A stretch of DNA of 64,000 nucleotides from Limnochordia bacterium (GCA_050951545.1 JBMNJG010000011.1:224001-288000); one strand, 5' to 3'; shown: positions 38,517 to 49,156, counted from the first letter of the stretch. A program made the numbers and translations. The notes: generated from the letters alone by a model not told the origin.

Positions 38517-39455
38517 ATGGCGAAAATACTGGAGGACCTGAGGGGCAGGACGGTTGACGCTCCCTGGTTTTTGATCTACCGGCGGCGTACGGAGAGTTTG
38601 TTCTTCCGGCTGTTGATGTACTTGATCTTGATCAACATCGCGTTTACCTTTCTGTACCCGGTTTTGTACATGGTCTCAACAAGCATGATGACCATCGAGG
38701 ATTTTGTGGACCCGGCGGTCTACTGGATTCCGAGAACGGTCAACTGGGACAATTTCAAGCTGGCCTATCTAGGTATGCGATATGAGATTGCCCTAAAGAA
38801 CAGCTTGATCATTGCCCTCGTAGCGGCATTCGGACAGTTGGTGTCATGTTCGATGGCTGGCTACGGTTTCGGGCGGATCCAGTTCCCGGGCCGGGAGTTT
38901 CTGTTCATGCTTGTGATCTTCACCTTCATCGTACCGCCACAGACGATTATTGTGCCGTTGTTCATTTTGTACCGTAAGTTGGGATGGATTGACACCTACT
39001 ACCCCTTTACGGTGCCCACGTTCTTTGCGGCAGGTCTGCGGGGGCCGTTGTTTGTGGTCATCTTCCGACAGTTCTTCCGGCGGCAGCCCTGGGAGTTGGA
39101 GGATGCAGCTCGCGTTGACGGTTGCGGTCCGATACGGACCTTCTTCAAGATCATGCTTCCGTTGTCGAAGCCAGCGCTTGTGGTGACGTTTCTGTTCTCA
39201 TTGGTTTGGCACTGGAATGACTTCTACGAGCCTATGATGTATTTGATGAAGCCGCAGAACTTCACGGTGCCGCTGCGCCTATCAATTCTGCAGTCTTCCC
39301 TGAATGAGGTTACGGGTGGTCAGGCGGGTGAGTTCTTCAATGAACCACTCATCATGGCGGCGTGTTTACTGGTAGTGATTCCGCCGCTAATCCTGTATCT
39401 GTTCTTCCAGCGTCACTTTGTGGAGTCCATCGAGCGTACTGGCTTGGTCGACTAA
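38517..39455 (+). CDS. Carbohydrate ABC transporter permease
   Basis: LEDAARVDG, WHWND, FVESIERTG. Confidence 0.92.
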   Translation: MAKILEDLRGRTVDAPWFLIYRRRTESLFFRLLMYLILINIAFTFLYPVLYMVSTSMMTIEDFVDPAVYWIPRTVNWDNFKLAYLGMRYEIALKNSLIIALVAAFGQLVSCSMAGYGFGRIQFPGREFLFMLVIFTFIVPPQTIIVPLFILYRKLGWIDTYYPFTVPTFFAAGLRGPLFVVIFRQFFRRQPWELEDAARVDGCGPIRTFFKIMLPLSKPALVVTFLFSLVWHWNDFYEPMMYLMKPQNFTVPLRLSILQSSLNEVTGGQAGEFFNEPLIMAACLLVVIPPLILYLFFQRHFVESIERTGLVD

Positions 39456-39465
39456 GAATGCGAGG

Positions 39466-39492
39466 AAACGCCGACCGTTGCGGTCGGCGTTT
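39466..39492 (+). terminator. intrinsic terminator
   Basis: AAACGCCGACCG-TTG-CGGTCGGCGTTT. Confidence 0.75.
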
Positions 39493-39521
39493 GCGCGATA
39501 GGGCCGTCGATAGCGCTCGTG

Positions 39522-39530
39522 TGGTATAAT
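39522..39530 (+). promoter_or_regulatory. extended -10 promoter of the pan operon
   Basis: TGGTATAAT about 40 nt upstream of the start codon. Confidence 0.6.
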
Positions 39531-39570
39531 CAGCCTGAGTGTGCCTTGTTCTTGTCGTGGAGGTGCTCAG

Positions 39571-40449
39571 GTGGGCACGAGCGTCAGTTTTGTAGGGGCA
39601 GGCCGGGTCGGCTCGAGCTTGGCCCGGTCGCTGCGTACACGGGGTTTCAAGATCGGTGCGCTTGTCTGCCGAACGCTAGCGCGGGCAGAAGAGGCGGCCT
39701 TGGCGGTCGGCGGGGGCGGCGCATCTACTGAGTTAGGTGACGCTGCCGCAGCCGACATCGTTTTTCTTACGGTTCCTGATAGCGCCATCGAAAGGGTCTG
39801 CATGGATCTCGCAGCTCGCGGCATGTGGCGGGGCGAGCATACTGTTGTGCATTGTAGTGGGGCGCTAAGTCTAGGCGTGCTGCAGGCGGCGGCGGATCAA
39901 GGGGCGGCGGTGCTCTCGCTGCACCCTATGCAAAGCGTCGCCGATCCAATATCCGGAGCGGCAAGCATGGTCGGCTCCTTTTTTGGAGTGGAGGGTTGCC
40001 AGCGAGGGCTCGCTGTAGGTGAGATGCTCGTCCATGCGTTGGGCGGGCGCGCTTTGCGTATTGCGCCAGGAGGCAAAGCGGCCTATCATGCGGCTGCGGT
40101 CATGGTGAGCAACTACCTTGTGGCGCTGATGGATATGGGTTGTGACTTGCTTGTTCAGGCTGGCCTGCCGCGTACGGAAGCCTCGGCCGCGCTGTTACCT
40201 TTGGCCAGCGGGACGTTGGCGAACATTCTTAATCAGGGGATACCCGCGGCTCTCACTGGGCCTATTGAGCGCGGTGATGCGACAACGGTAGCTCGGCATT
40301 TGCATGTGTTAGGTGAGCACGGCGAATTGCGGGAGATCTACTCGCTACTGGGGGGAAGGCTGGTACAGCTTGCCACGCAGAAGGGGAGTGCAAGTCAGGA
40401 GGATCTGGCCGCGATAGCCGCTCTGCTTGGGCGCGAAACCAATCTTTGA
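39571..40449 (+). CDS. Rossmann-like/DUF2520 protein, probable PanG-type ketopantoate reductase
   Basis: GAGRVG, HCSGA, HPMQS, YHAAAV, LTGPIERGD; directly upstream of panB. Confidence 0.82.
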   Translation: MGTSVSFVGAGRVGSSLARSLRTRGFKIGALVCRTLARAEEAALAVGGGGASTELGDAAAADIVFLTVPDSAIERVCMDLAARGMWRGEHTVVHCSGALSLGVLQAAADQGAAVLSLHPMQSVADPISGAASMVGSFFGVEGCQRGLAVGEMLVHALGGRALRIAPGGKAAYHAAAVMVSNYLVALMDMGCDLLVQAGLPRTEASAALLPLASGTLANILNQGIPAALTGPIERGDATTVARHLHVLGEHGELREIYSLLGGRLVQLATQKGSASQEDLAAIAALLGRETNL

Positions 40450-40465
40450 AGGACGGGTGATCGGA

Positions 40466-41305
40466 ATGGATGCAGCAACACGCAAGGTTCGGGTTCCGGA
40501 TTTCGTGGCGATGAAGGCTCGCGGCGAGCGGATCACTATGTTAACCGCATATGATTACACTATGGCGCGCCTTCTCGATGCGGGTGGGGTTGATTCGATC
40601 CTGGTCGGCGATTCAGTGGGGAACGTGCAGCTGGGTTACTCGACCACTTTGCCAGTAACTATGGAAGACATGCTGCATCACACTCGCGCCGTGAGTCGAG
40701 GTGTTCAGCGGGCTCTGGTCATTGCTGACATGCCCTTTCTTTCCTTTCAGGTTGATCCGCTGGAGGCTGTAAGAAATGCTGGCCGCTTTCTGCAAGAGGG
40801 AGGGGCCGATGCGGTGAAGCTCGAGGGTGGGCAGGCAGTTCTGCCTGCTGTTCGCCATATGGTGCAGATAGGTATTCCTGTGGTTGGTCACTTGGGGCTC
40901 ACTCCCCAGTCGGTTCATCAGTTTGGTGGGTTTAAGGTGCAGGCGAAGACTGAGGACGCTGCGAAAGCGCTGATGGCAGATGCTTTGGCACTAGAGGAGG
41001 CGGGTGCCTTTTGCATAGTCCTGGAGAGCGTTCCCGTAGACGTCGCGGCTGCGGTAACGCAGAGACTACGCATCCCGACAATAGGCATCGGGGCGGGTGT
41101 GACGTGTGATGGGCAGGTGCTGGTCTGCTACGATGCGCTAGGGATGTTTGATGACTTCAAGCCCAGATTCGTCAAACGGTTCGCTAATCTGGGCAATGAG
41201 ATTCGGCGCGCCGTAGCGACCTACTGCAGTGAGGTGCGCGATGGCACGTTCCCCGACGCTGAGCATTCCTACGGTTCTTCGCAGAAGAGGACGGAGGGGA
41301 AGTAG
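40466..41305 (+). CDS. panB: 3-methyl-2-oxobutanoate hydroxymethyltransferase
   Basis: MLTAYD, LVGDS, ADMPF, KLEGG, GHLGLTPQ. Confidence 0.97.
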   Translation: MDAATRKVRVPDFVAMKARGERITMLTAYDYTMARLLDAGGVDSILVGDSVGNVQLGYSTTLPVTMEDMLHHTRAVSRGVQRALVIADMPFLSFQVDPLEAVRNAGRFLQEGGADAVKLEGGQAVLPAVRHMVQIGIPVVGHLGLTPQSVHQFGGFKVQAKTEDAAKALMADALALEEAGAFCIVLESVPVDVAAAVTQRLRIPTIGIGAGVTCDGQVLVCYDALGMFDDFKPRFVKRFANLGNEIRRAVATYCSEVRDGTFPDAEHSYGSSQKRTEGK

Positions 41306-41307
41306 TC

Positions 41308-42171
41308 GTGCGGATCGTACACACGATCGAGGACGTTCGCAATGCAGTGGCCGAAGCCCGGGGCCAAGGGCTCAAGATAGGCCTGGTTCCCACCATGGGT
41401 GCCTTGCACGATGGGCACGGCAGCTTGATCGAGGCCGCTCGAGCTCAATGTGGGTATGTAGTGGCGAGCGTATTTGTGAACCCACTTCAGTTCGGGCCTG
41501 CCGAGGACTATGCAAAGTACCCGCGTACACTTGGCGAGGATGCTGCCTACTGCGAGAAGAGAGGGGCGGATCTGGTATTTGCACCAGAGGTACGGGAGAT
41601 GTATCCCTCTCCGTCATTGACTTTCGTGACAGTTGACAAGATTACCGACACGCTTTGCGGCGCTTCGCGACCGGGACATTTCCGTGGAGTCGCCACAGTG
41701 GTCACCAAGCTGTTTCACATTGTCTTACCTGATGTGGCCTACTTCGGTCAGAAGGATGCACAACAGGCAGCCGTGCTGAAGCGTATGGTGAGCGACCTCA
41801 ATTTCCCGCTGAAGATTGCCATAGTGCCTACGTTTCGCGAGCCTGATGGCCTGGCGACGAGTTCGCGCAACCGCTATCTGTCCCCGGACGACCGCCGGGC
41901 TGCACTGGTCTTGCATCGCACGCTGCGGGGGGCTATGTCGCTGCTGCAGGACGGTGAACGAGAGGCCGAGGTCATTCGCTCATATCTGCGGGCGGGCATT
42001 GAAGCGGAGCCTCGGGCCGAGTTGGACTATGCTGATGTTGTCGACCCTGACACTATGCATGCGGTGACAGGCGTGATTGGGCATGATGTTCTCTTGGTCG
42101 TGGCTGCTTACTTCGCAGGCACGCGCCTGATTGATAACATGCCCTTCTCATTCGCCCAAGAGGTGAGATGA
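41308..42171 (+). CDS. panC: Pantoate-beta-alanine ligase
   Basis: [39 protein letters not shown]. Confidence 0.97.
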   Translation: MRIVHTIEDVRNAVAEARGQGLKIGLVPTMGALHDGHGSLIEAARAQCGYVVASVFVNPLQFGPAEDYAKYPRTLGEDAAYCEKRGADLVFAPEVREMYPSPSLTFVTVDKITDTLCGASRPGHFRGVATVVTKLFHIVLPDVAYFGQKDAQQAAVLKRMVSDLNFPLKIAIVPTFREPDGLATSSRNRYLSPDDRRAALVLHRTLRGAMSLLQDGEREAEVIRSYLRAGIEAEPRAELDYADVVDPDTMHAVTGVIGHDVLLVVAAYFAGTRLIDNMPFSFAQEVR

Positions 42172-42542
42172 CTGTGTTGCGGATGATGTGTAAATCGAAG
42201 ATCCACCGAGCCACGGTGACGGATGCCAACCTCAACTATACGGGCAGCATCACGATCGATGAGAGTCTACTGGCCGCGGCCGATATCCTGCCTCAAGAGA
42301 GGGTGCAAGTGGTCAACGTCACGAATGGTGCACGTTTCGAGACCTATGTCATCGCCGGGCCCGCGGGGCGAGGTGACATTTGCCTGAATGGCGCCGCTGC
42401 TCGGTTGGTGCAGGTAGGCGATGTAGTGATCATCATCTCCTACGCACTTATGGGCCCTGAGGAGACCCGGTTGCACAGCATGCGAGTGGTGCATGTTGAT
42501 GGCGACAACAGAATTGTTGAGAGCGGAGGTGCTCATGGATGA
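42168..42542 (+). CDS. panD: Aspartate 1-decarboxylase proenzyme
   Basis: [18 protein letters not shown] cleavage site, NGAAAR. Confidence 0.97.
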   Translation: MTVLRMMCKSKIHRATVTDANLNYTGSITIDESLLAAADILPQERVQVVNVTNGARFETYVIAGPAGRGDICLNGAAARLVQVGDVVIIISYALMGPEETRLHSMRVVHVDGDNRIVESGGAHG

Positions 42543-43345
42543 AGCTCTGTTTCTCGACCCTCGGTTGCCCTGATTGGTCTTGGAGCCGTGTGGTAGAGGC
42601 AGCTCCGCGCATGGGCTACGATGGTTTGGAGATCCGCGGTATTCAAGGTGAGATGCATTTGCCTAAGGCGGAGCCGTTCCTTCCTCACAACATCGGTAAC
42701 ACGATGGCGGATTTGGCCAAGCGGGGGCTGAGTATCGCTTGTTTGGGCGCCTCGAGTCATTTCCACGGGCCCAACGTGGATGAGAACGTGAAAGAGGCCA
42801 AGGCGTATGTGGACCTAGCGGTGCGGTTGCGTGTACGCTACGTACGGGTGTTTGGTGACAAGATACCAGACCCCGCCAAAAAGGAGCAGACGCTGCAGCG
42901 GGTGGCCGCGTCCTTGCGTGAGTTGGGCGAGTATGCTGCTCCTCAGGGAGTGCGCATACTCATCGAGACCCACGGTGATTTCTCACGTTCCCAGGATCTT
43001 CTGGATGTCTTAGAGCGCGTCGATAACCCGTACGTCGGTGTGCTGTGGGACGCGCATCATCCCTATCGCTTCTGTGGCGAGGCACTGGCTGACACTTTCG
43101 CGCAGCTGGGGAAGTACGTATTTCACGTACATCTCAAGGACTCTGTCACGACGGCGGATGGCATTCGCTATTGCCTGCCCGGCGAAGGCGATGTGCCCCT
43201 GAGGAAAGTGATTGAGTTGCTTCGATCCGGTGCCTACCAGGGATGGTTGAGTTTCGAGTGGGAGAAGCGGTGGCACCCGGAGCTGGAGGAGCCGGAGGTC
43301 GCGTTGCCTGCGTTTGCGCGCGTGATGCGTGATCTGTTGAATTGA
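42539..43345 (+). CDS. Sugar-phosphate isomerase/epimerase (TIM barrel)
   Basis: [34 protein letters not shown]; ATGA overlap with panD. Confidence 0.85.
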   Translation: MKLCFSTLGCPDWSWSRVVEAAPRMGYDGLEIRGIQGEMHLPKAEPFLPHNIGNTMADLAKRGLSIACLGASSHFHGPNVDENVKEAKAYVDLAVRLRVRYVRVFGDKIPDPAKKEQTLQRVAASLRELGEYAAPQGVRILIETHGDFSRSQDLLDVLERVDNPYVGVLWDAHHPYRFCGEALADTFAQLGKYVFHVHLKDSVTTADGIRYCLPGEGDVPLRKVIELLRSGAYQGWLSFEWEKRWHPELEEPEVALPAFARVMRDLLN

Positions 43346-43399
43346 GACGGGGTGTCCGCAAAAGGGCTGTCACTTGATTCTTAGGGAGTGGGAGGGCAC

Positions 43400-44965
43400 A
43401 TGGCGTACTTGATCGGTGTGGATGTCGGTACTTCTGGCACAAAAAGCTTGCTTATCGATGCTGAAGGCCGTGTCTACGCCAGCAGATCCGCTGGCTATCG
43501 TCTACACCAGCCTCAACTTGGGTGGGCTGAGCAGTCTGCTGAGGACTGGTGGCAGGCCACGTGCAGCACCATTCGACAGCTTCTTGAAGAGACCGGAACA
43601 AGCCCGCATGACGTGGTTGCGGTGGGCTTCTCAGGTCAGATGCATGGCTCCGTCTTTCTAGATAAGGAGGGCCACGTCATCCGTCCACCGCTGCTGTGGT
43701 GTGATGTGCGGACTGCGGCCGAATGCCGCGAGATTACGTCTGTGGTGGGAGAACGGCAGCTGATCGAGTCCACCTCTAACCCGGCTTTGGAAGGGTTCAC
43801 GGCCCCTAAGCTGCTTTGGTTGCGCAACCACGAGCCCGTCAACTACGCCAAGCTGGCACATGTGTTGCTGCCCAAAGATTATGTATGTTACCGACTGACG
43901 GGCGAACTTGCTACTGAAGTCTCCGACGCGGCGGGAACCCTTCTGTTTGATGTGGCGCATCGCAGCTGGTCCCAGGAAGTCCTGCGTGCTCTGGATATTG
44001 ACCCAGCGATCTTGCCTCGGGTGATGGAATCGGTAGAGGTTCGGGGTCTCGTCAGCGAGGCTGGTGCTCAGGCCACCGGATTGGCAGTCGGTACCAAAGT
44101 CGTGGGCGGAGGTGCAGACAACGCTTGTGGCGCAGTGGGTGCGGGCATTGTCCGGGAGGGCCGTTTTCTTTCGAGCATCGGCTCTTCTGGGGTGATACTC
44201 GCCCATACCGAAACGCCGCGCTTGGATCCTTCTGCTCGGGTACATACCTTTAACCATGCGGTTCCTGGGCGTTGGTATCTGATGGGGGTCATGCTGGCGG
44301 CTGGGTTGAGCCTGCGCTGGTTCCGTGACGAGATGGGCCCAATGGAAAAGCGGATCGAACAGGAGATAGGCCTAGACGCCTACGACCTCTTGGGGCTGCA
44401 GGCAGCCAAGAGTCCCCCAGGAAGTCGGGGGTTGGTGTTCCTGCCCTATCTCAATGGTGAGCGGACACCGCATGCTGATGCAGACGCCCGGGGGGTGCTC
44501 TTTGGTCTGTCTAGTGCTCACACTCGGGGGGATGTCATTCGGGCCATCATGGAGGGTGTGACCTTTGGGCTGCGTGACTCGGTGGAGATTATGCGGGACA
44601 TGGGGCTTTCTTTTGACCGGCTAAGGGTACTCGGTGGCGGGGCACGTTCACCGCTGTGGGTGCAGATGCAGGCAGATGTGTTCCAGACTACGGTGGAGAG
44701 GTTGCAGGTTGATGAGGGACCTGCATATGGGGCAGCTCTGCTCGCAGGCGTAGGAGCTGACCTGTTCGCCAGTGTCGCCGAAGCAGCGGAGTCGACCGTA
44801 CGTGTTGGAGACGTGCTAGAGCCAAATCCGGCAAACAAGGGGCGCTACGACGATATGTTCGGCCTCTATAGGGCTCTTTATCCTGCCTTGCGGGAGGGTT
44901 ATGCTGCTGCCGCTCGCCTTTCGCGGCGACCGTCGCCTGCGCACAAGGGGTGGAGGAATACATGA
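43400..44965 (+). CDS. xylB: Xylulokinase (FGGY family)
   Basis: GVDVGTSG, FSGQMHG, LWCD, LLPKDY, GGADN, PYLNGERTP. Confidence 0.88.
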   Translation: MAYLIGVDVGTSGTKSLLIDAEGRVYASRSAGYRLHQPQLGWAEQSAEDWWQATCSTIRQLLEETGTSPHDVVAVGFSGQMHGSVFLDKEGHVIRPPLLWCDVRTAAECREITSVVGERQLIESTSNPALEGFTAPKLLWLRNHEPVNYAKLAHVLLPKDYVCYRLTGELATEVSDAAGTLLFDVAHRSWSQEVLRALDIDPAILPRVMESVEVRGLVSEAGAQATGLAVGTKVVGGGADNACGAVGAGIVREGRFLSSIGSSGVILAHTETPRLDPSARVHTFNHAVPGRWYLMGVMLAAGLSLRWFRDEMGPMEKRIEQEIGLDAYDLLGLQAAKSPPGSRGLVFLPYLNGERTPHADADARGVLFGLSSAHTRGDVIRAIMEGVTFGLRDSVEIMRDMGLSFDRLRVLGGGARSPLWVQMQADVFQTTVERLQVDEGPAYGAALLAGVGADLFASVAEAAESTVRVGDVLEPNPANKGRYDDMFGLYRALYPALREGYAAAARLSRRPSPAHKGWRNT

Positions 44966-46509
44966 TGTACATGCTCGGTATTGATATCGGAACTACGAAC
45001 TGGAAGGTCGTGGCATACGCGCCAGACGGGGTGGCTGTAGCGCGCTGGTCGTGCCCAGCACGCACGGAACGTCAGTCAGGCGGCTGGGCGGTTTACGAAC
45101 CCGATGCGATCTGGGACGCTGTGTGTGCTGGTATCCGTGAGGTTGTCGCGCAGTTGGCAGCGCGAAACGAATCGCCTGAGGCCATCGCTTCAGTGGCAGT
45201 AACTAGCGTGGGCGAGAGCGGTCTATTTCTCGATGGTGCTGGGCAGGCGCTGTGTCCGGCCATCGCCTGGTTTGATCCGCGAACACAGGAGATCAATCGC
45301 TTCTGGACAGACCAGGTAGGAAGCCAGACGGTCTATGAGGTGACAGGCTTTCCGCCGCAGTACATAGCCAGCCTGAATAAGATGATGTGGATCAAAGAGG
45401 CACAGCCCGACGTCTATGCGAAAGCGCGGCGTTGGCTGTGTATCGCAGATTATGTCGCCTTTCGACTATGCGGCGAGGCAGTGATGGATTATTCGCTCGC
45501 TTCGCGTACTATGGCTTTTGATATCCGTCAGCGCTGCTGGTCGGAGAGTCTTCTCTCTCTTGCCGGCATCCCAGTCGGCTTGATGCCAGAACTGGCTTCT
45601 TCGGGAACTAGACTGGCAACGGTCCACAAGCGGGCGCAGGAAGAGACTGGACTATCTGCGCGTACTGTGGTAGCAACAGGGGGGCACGATCACATATGCG
45701 GAGCCCTCGCGGTGGGAGTCTGTGAGCCCGGACAGTGTCTCGACTCGCTGGGAACGGCAGAGGCCATTCTCCTCACTTTGGATCGCCCAGTGCTGAGCCC
45801 CGAGCTCATGGAGTCGGGGTTCGCCCTCGGATGCCATACAGCCCCTGACCGCTACTACCTTATTGCAGCGATGCAGTCTGCTGGTGGCACGGTGGAGTGG
45901 CTCTGTGAGAGCCTAGGTGAGACAGAGGCCCTGCGTGCTGCAGGTGACAAGGGGAAGCTGTATGGGCTCTTGATGCAGGAGGCTGCCAAGTCTCCTGCAG
46001 GCAGTGAGGGTCTGCTTTTCCTACCGCATCTTTTGGGTTCGGTCTGTCCAACCAATGAGGCGGCCCGCGGTGCGTGGGTAGGGTTACAGTCACGCCATCG
46101 CCGGGCGCATTTGCTACGCTCTGCGGTAGAGGGCTTGGCCCACGAGTCGTTCCTGAACGTGTCGCGCATGGAGCACCTAAGTGGGATGAAGGGCGATGCC
46201 GTCGTTGTCATCGGCGGCGGTACCCGCAACGGTCTCTGGATGCAGGCCAAGGCTGATGTAGCACAACGCCCCTTACATGTGCCTCTCACCGATGAGGCGA
46301 CTACGCTAGGTGCTGCGATCTTGGGGGGCGTGGCCGCAGAGCTACACCGTGATGTACAGGCGGCCTTAGAGGCTGTGCAGCTCGAGGAGCGGGTAGTGAT
46401 CCCCGACTCAGAGCTTGCTGAGGTGTATAGTCGGGCGCAGGCCGCCTTCGCTAGGATGTATCCAGGGCTCATCAGTGTGTTTGGCGCCTTGGCAGAAGGC
46501 GCAAGGTAA
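44962..46509 (+). CDS. FGGY-family carbohydrate kinase
   Basis: GIDIGTT, AWFDPR, DYSLASRT, GGHDH, SLGTAE, GGGTRN. Confidence 0.88.
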   Translation: MMYMLGIDIGTTNWKVVAYAPDGVAVARWSCPARTERQSGGWAVYEPDAIWDAVCAGIREVVAQLAARNESPEAIASVAVTSVGESGLFLDGAGQALCPAIAWFDPRTQEINRFWTDQVGSQTVYEVTGFPPQYIASLNKMMWIKEAQPDVYAKARRWLCIADYVAFRLCGEAVMDYSLASRTMAFDIRQRCWSESLLSLAGIPVGLMPELASSGTRLATVHKRAQEETGLSARTVVATGGHDHICGALAVGVCEPGQCLDSLGTAEAILLTLDRPVLSPELMESGFALGCHTAPDRYYLIAAMQSAGGTVEWLCESLGETEALRAAGDKGKLYGLLMQEAAKSPAGSEGLLFLPHLLGSVCPTNEAARGAWVGLQSRHRRAHLLRSAVEGLAHESFLNVSRMEHLSGMKGDAVVVIGGGTRNGLWMQAKADVAQRPLHVPLTDEATTLGAAILGGVAAELHRDVQAALEAVQLEERVVIPDSELAEVYSRAQAAFARMYPGLISVFGALAEGAR

Positions 46510-48943
46510 CGATGGCGTGGGGCCCAAACCTCACGGTTAAGTGCTGAGGGTCGTGACACTCCAAGGCCTTCAGGGGGGTTTCATCGAGGCTGGCCACGTG
46601 CGCGCTTGCCACAGGCCAGCCTGTGGTCAGCTTGCCATTGATGGCCTCGCTCGTGGGGTTATAGGCGCGTATAATAACCGCTTGCTGGTCCTCGCTGCGT
46701 TTGACAGCGCTAAGAAGTAGCGGAGCAGGCTCCAGCCCAGCGATGCTGAAGGCAGTGAGTCCGCCGCGATGATCACCAAGTTCTTGAGCCGACAAGGCGC
46801 CAGGGCTCGCGCAGAACTCCCATGCCGTGCGGAATGCTTTCTGCCACGTGCCCGAATGGGGGATCAGCGCGTAGTCAAACTCGAGAACTTGCGGTGCCTG
46901 TAAGACAGCGGCGTCGGCTCTCACCGCCCGCAGAAGCGTCAAGGCGATTGTTCCAGCTGGCGTAGGTTTGATCTCGTACTCATGCAGTCCACGGCTAGCC
47001 ACCATGAGCCCATGGCTCTTGCCACTGATATCCACGAACTCGCCTTTAGGCATGCTCCTTCGTCCGTGATGTGGCGTATGGCGCGAGTGTGCTTCGCTCA
47101 GACGTTCCACCACGTCAAAGGGTTGGGCCACCCAGCATCGGCCAGCGGCGATGTTTGATGAGAACAGGACGCGCAGCCGGTGATCTCTCGAGCGGTTGAC
47201 CACACGGGTGCGGATGTCGATGCGCGCTACATCGCGGCGCAGTGTAACGTAGGACGTGACTTCGCTCATGGTGCGGGTATCGGAGCGGGGGTCCTTAAAG
47301 GCATGCAGGTCGGCGGGCAGATCCAGGTTGTGTTGCACCTGTACTGTACTGGAGAAAACTCCGTTTTCTATGATGGAGACCTGGGCGGGGGCGGCATAGG
47401 TCGTGATGATGCGGTCTTGCTCCGGCGGCGCATACTGATGTAGCGAGCCAGCATCGCCGCTATCCTCGAAGACATTGCAGTTGTCGTAGGTGATTCCAGT
47501 CCGTTTGTCTTCGATGCGCAGCGCTCCGTTAGCTTTCACACTGACGCGCAGAAAGCGATTCTCCAATGTGTTGCCAGCGGCCAGTGATTCGCCCACAAAG
47601 TACGGGCGGGTAGTAGAGGGTAAGACCTCGAAACGGCGGAACCCCATCGGCGGCAGTTCTGGGGCTGCAAAGGAGATGGTAAACTGGCGCGAGTTGCGCG
47701 TGGGCGTAGGCTCTACGCGATGGAGCTGATAGGGCACAGTCTCCCCCGTATCGGAACGCAGCTGCAGGTAAGGGCTCTGGGTTGGCATCCTCACCTGCAC
47801 GGTAATGACCTCGCTTCGGGGCCAGTTGAGTGGGTTTACTACCCACAGTGATGTGGACTCGTCGTTACCAGGGTTACAGACGGTCGTCGCCTCATGAGCA
47901 GGGGTACCAGCGATCGCGGCGAGGTGATCACGGGCAATGATCTCTGCCAGATCCTTGCTGCATTCGGCCCGTACCCGCATGTGACGATAGGTTGAATCTC
48001 CCTGGCACCCACCCCCTGCATCGCGCGTCTGGTTCTGCAGAAGATACACCCATGCCTTTTCTAGGTAGGGTGCAGGGTAGGTAGCCCCCTGTAACCACGC
48101 AGCAGTGGCCCAAGGCTCCGCCCAGCGCTCCAGAAGCAGTGTGGCGCTCCAAGAGATCAGCCGCAGATCCGGCCACACGGTGGTATGTCCGCAGGCTACA
48201 TGGGAGCGGCGACTAGCATCTTCGTGGTCAGTGAAGACGCTCAGTTCTCCCACCTGGAGGTCTTTGCTTACTTCCGGCAGGATCTCTTCAACTAATGAGC
48301 CACGGACCATCACGTGGGACTGGGCTGACCTCTCCAGAACGTTCGGAACGTCTGCGGCCATGGCGTTCAGAAGAAGACAGGGCACACGGCCAGCGTATTG
48401 CGATGCCTGTGAGATGCTGGTTATTTCAGGCAGCTGCACGAAAAGCAGTTCGCTACCGTCCACACCATGCCAACGTTGCGCTTGAAACGTGGATGTGGGC
48501 ACACATGCGGTATGAATGCCAAATCCACGTAGAATCTGGGGCAGCTGACTGCTGTAGAGGGGAGATGGCAGCAGAATGCATACTGTGGGATGACACCCGA
48601 ATGCCTTTGCCCGAGCTGCACCCAGGAGCAGATTACGCACAAGGCATTCGCCCGAGGCGAGGGAAGATGCCGGAGCGGCGTACCAGGGTCCAAGCCAGAT
48701 CTGATTGGAGTCTACACAGGCTCGTACCTGTTTGGCAGCTTGCGGATGCATCTGAAGGTAGATATCAGTGAGATCGCCAGTGCCATCGATATGTAGGGGC
48801 CCTCGCACTTCTGTCTCCTCCAGGGCCTTCAATAGAGCGTCTAGGCGTTTGGCCCATGTATAGGCCAGCTTCATGCGACTTTTCTGGGCGCCATGGTCCC
48901 AAGGTAACCAGGGAATGATACGAATGGTGAGCAATTCTGCCAC
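46472..48943 (-). CDS. GH38 alpha-mannosidase-fold protein with degenerate active site
   Basis: GPWY, GECLVRNL, QLPQIL, LENRFL, DHRLRVLF, LTLLRAV and AVKRSED..IIRAYN are retained; the catalytic motifs are altered. Confidence 0.8.
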   Translation of the reverse strand: MAELLTIRIIPWLPWDHGAQKSRMKLAYTWAKRLDALLKALEETEVRGPLHIDGTGDLTDIYLQMHPQAAKQVRACVDSNQIWLGPWYAAPASSLASGECLVRNLLLGAARAKAFGCHPTVCILLPSPLYSSQLPQILRGFGIHTACVPTSTFQAQRWHGVDGSELLFVQLPEITSISQASQYAGRVPCLLLNAMAADVPNVLERSAQSHVMVRGSLVEEILPEVSKDLQVGELSVFTDHEDASRRSHVACGHTTVWPDLRLISWSATLLLERWAEPWATAAWLQGATYPAPYLEKAWVYLLQNQTRDAGGGCQGDSTYRHMRVRAECSKDLAEIIARDHLAAIAGTPAHEATTVCNPGNDESTSLWVVNPLNWPRSEVITVQVRMPTQSPYLQLRSDTGETVPYQLHRVEPTPTRNSRQFTISFAAPELPPMGFRRFEVLPSTTRPYFVGESLAAGNTLENRFLRVSVKANGALRIEDKRTGITYDNCNVFEDSGDAGSLHQYAPPEQDRIITTYAAPAQVSIIENGVFSSTVQVQHNLDLPADLHAFKDPRSDTRTMSEVTSYVTLRRDVARIDIRTRVVNRSRDHRLRVLFSSNIAAGRCWVAQPFDVVERLSEAHSRHTPHHGRRSMPKGEFVDISGKSHGLMVASRGLHEYEIKPTPAGTIALTLLRAVRADAAVLQAPQVLEFDYALIPHSGTWQKAFRTAWEFCASPGALSAQELGDHRGGLTAFSIAGLEPAPLLLSAVKRSEDQQAVIIRAYNPTSEAINGKLTTGWPVASAHVASLDETPLKALECHDPQHLTVRFGPHAIVTLRLLPRRQTH

Positions 48944-49156
48944 CCGCTTCTATAGGTACGTACGCGAAGACCCGAGATGAATCGGCCTCATGCCTAGATT
49001 CTTCGCTCGCGTCGTCACGTATCCCTTTTTCGCAACTGGCAGGGATGCAAGGGGGTAGGCACGTATCATGCTATAGCAGGGCAGCCTTGAGCGAGGTGTT
49101 GGGAAGTGGCAAAAGAGAGATCTGGTGTAACGCGTCGGCTCCGCAAGGGATGGTTC

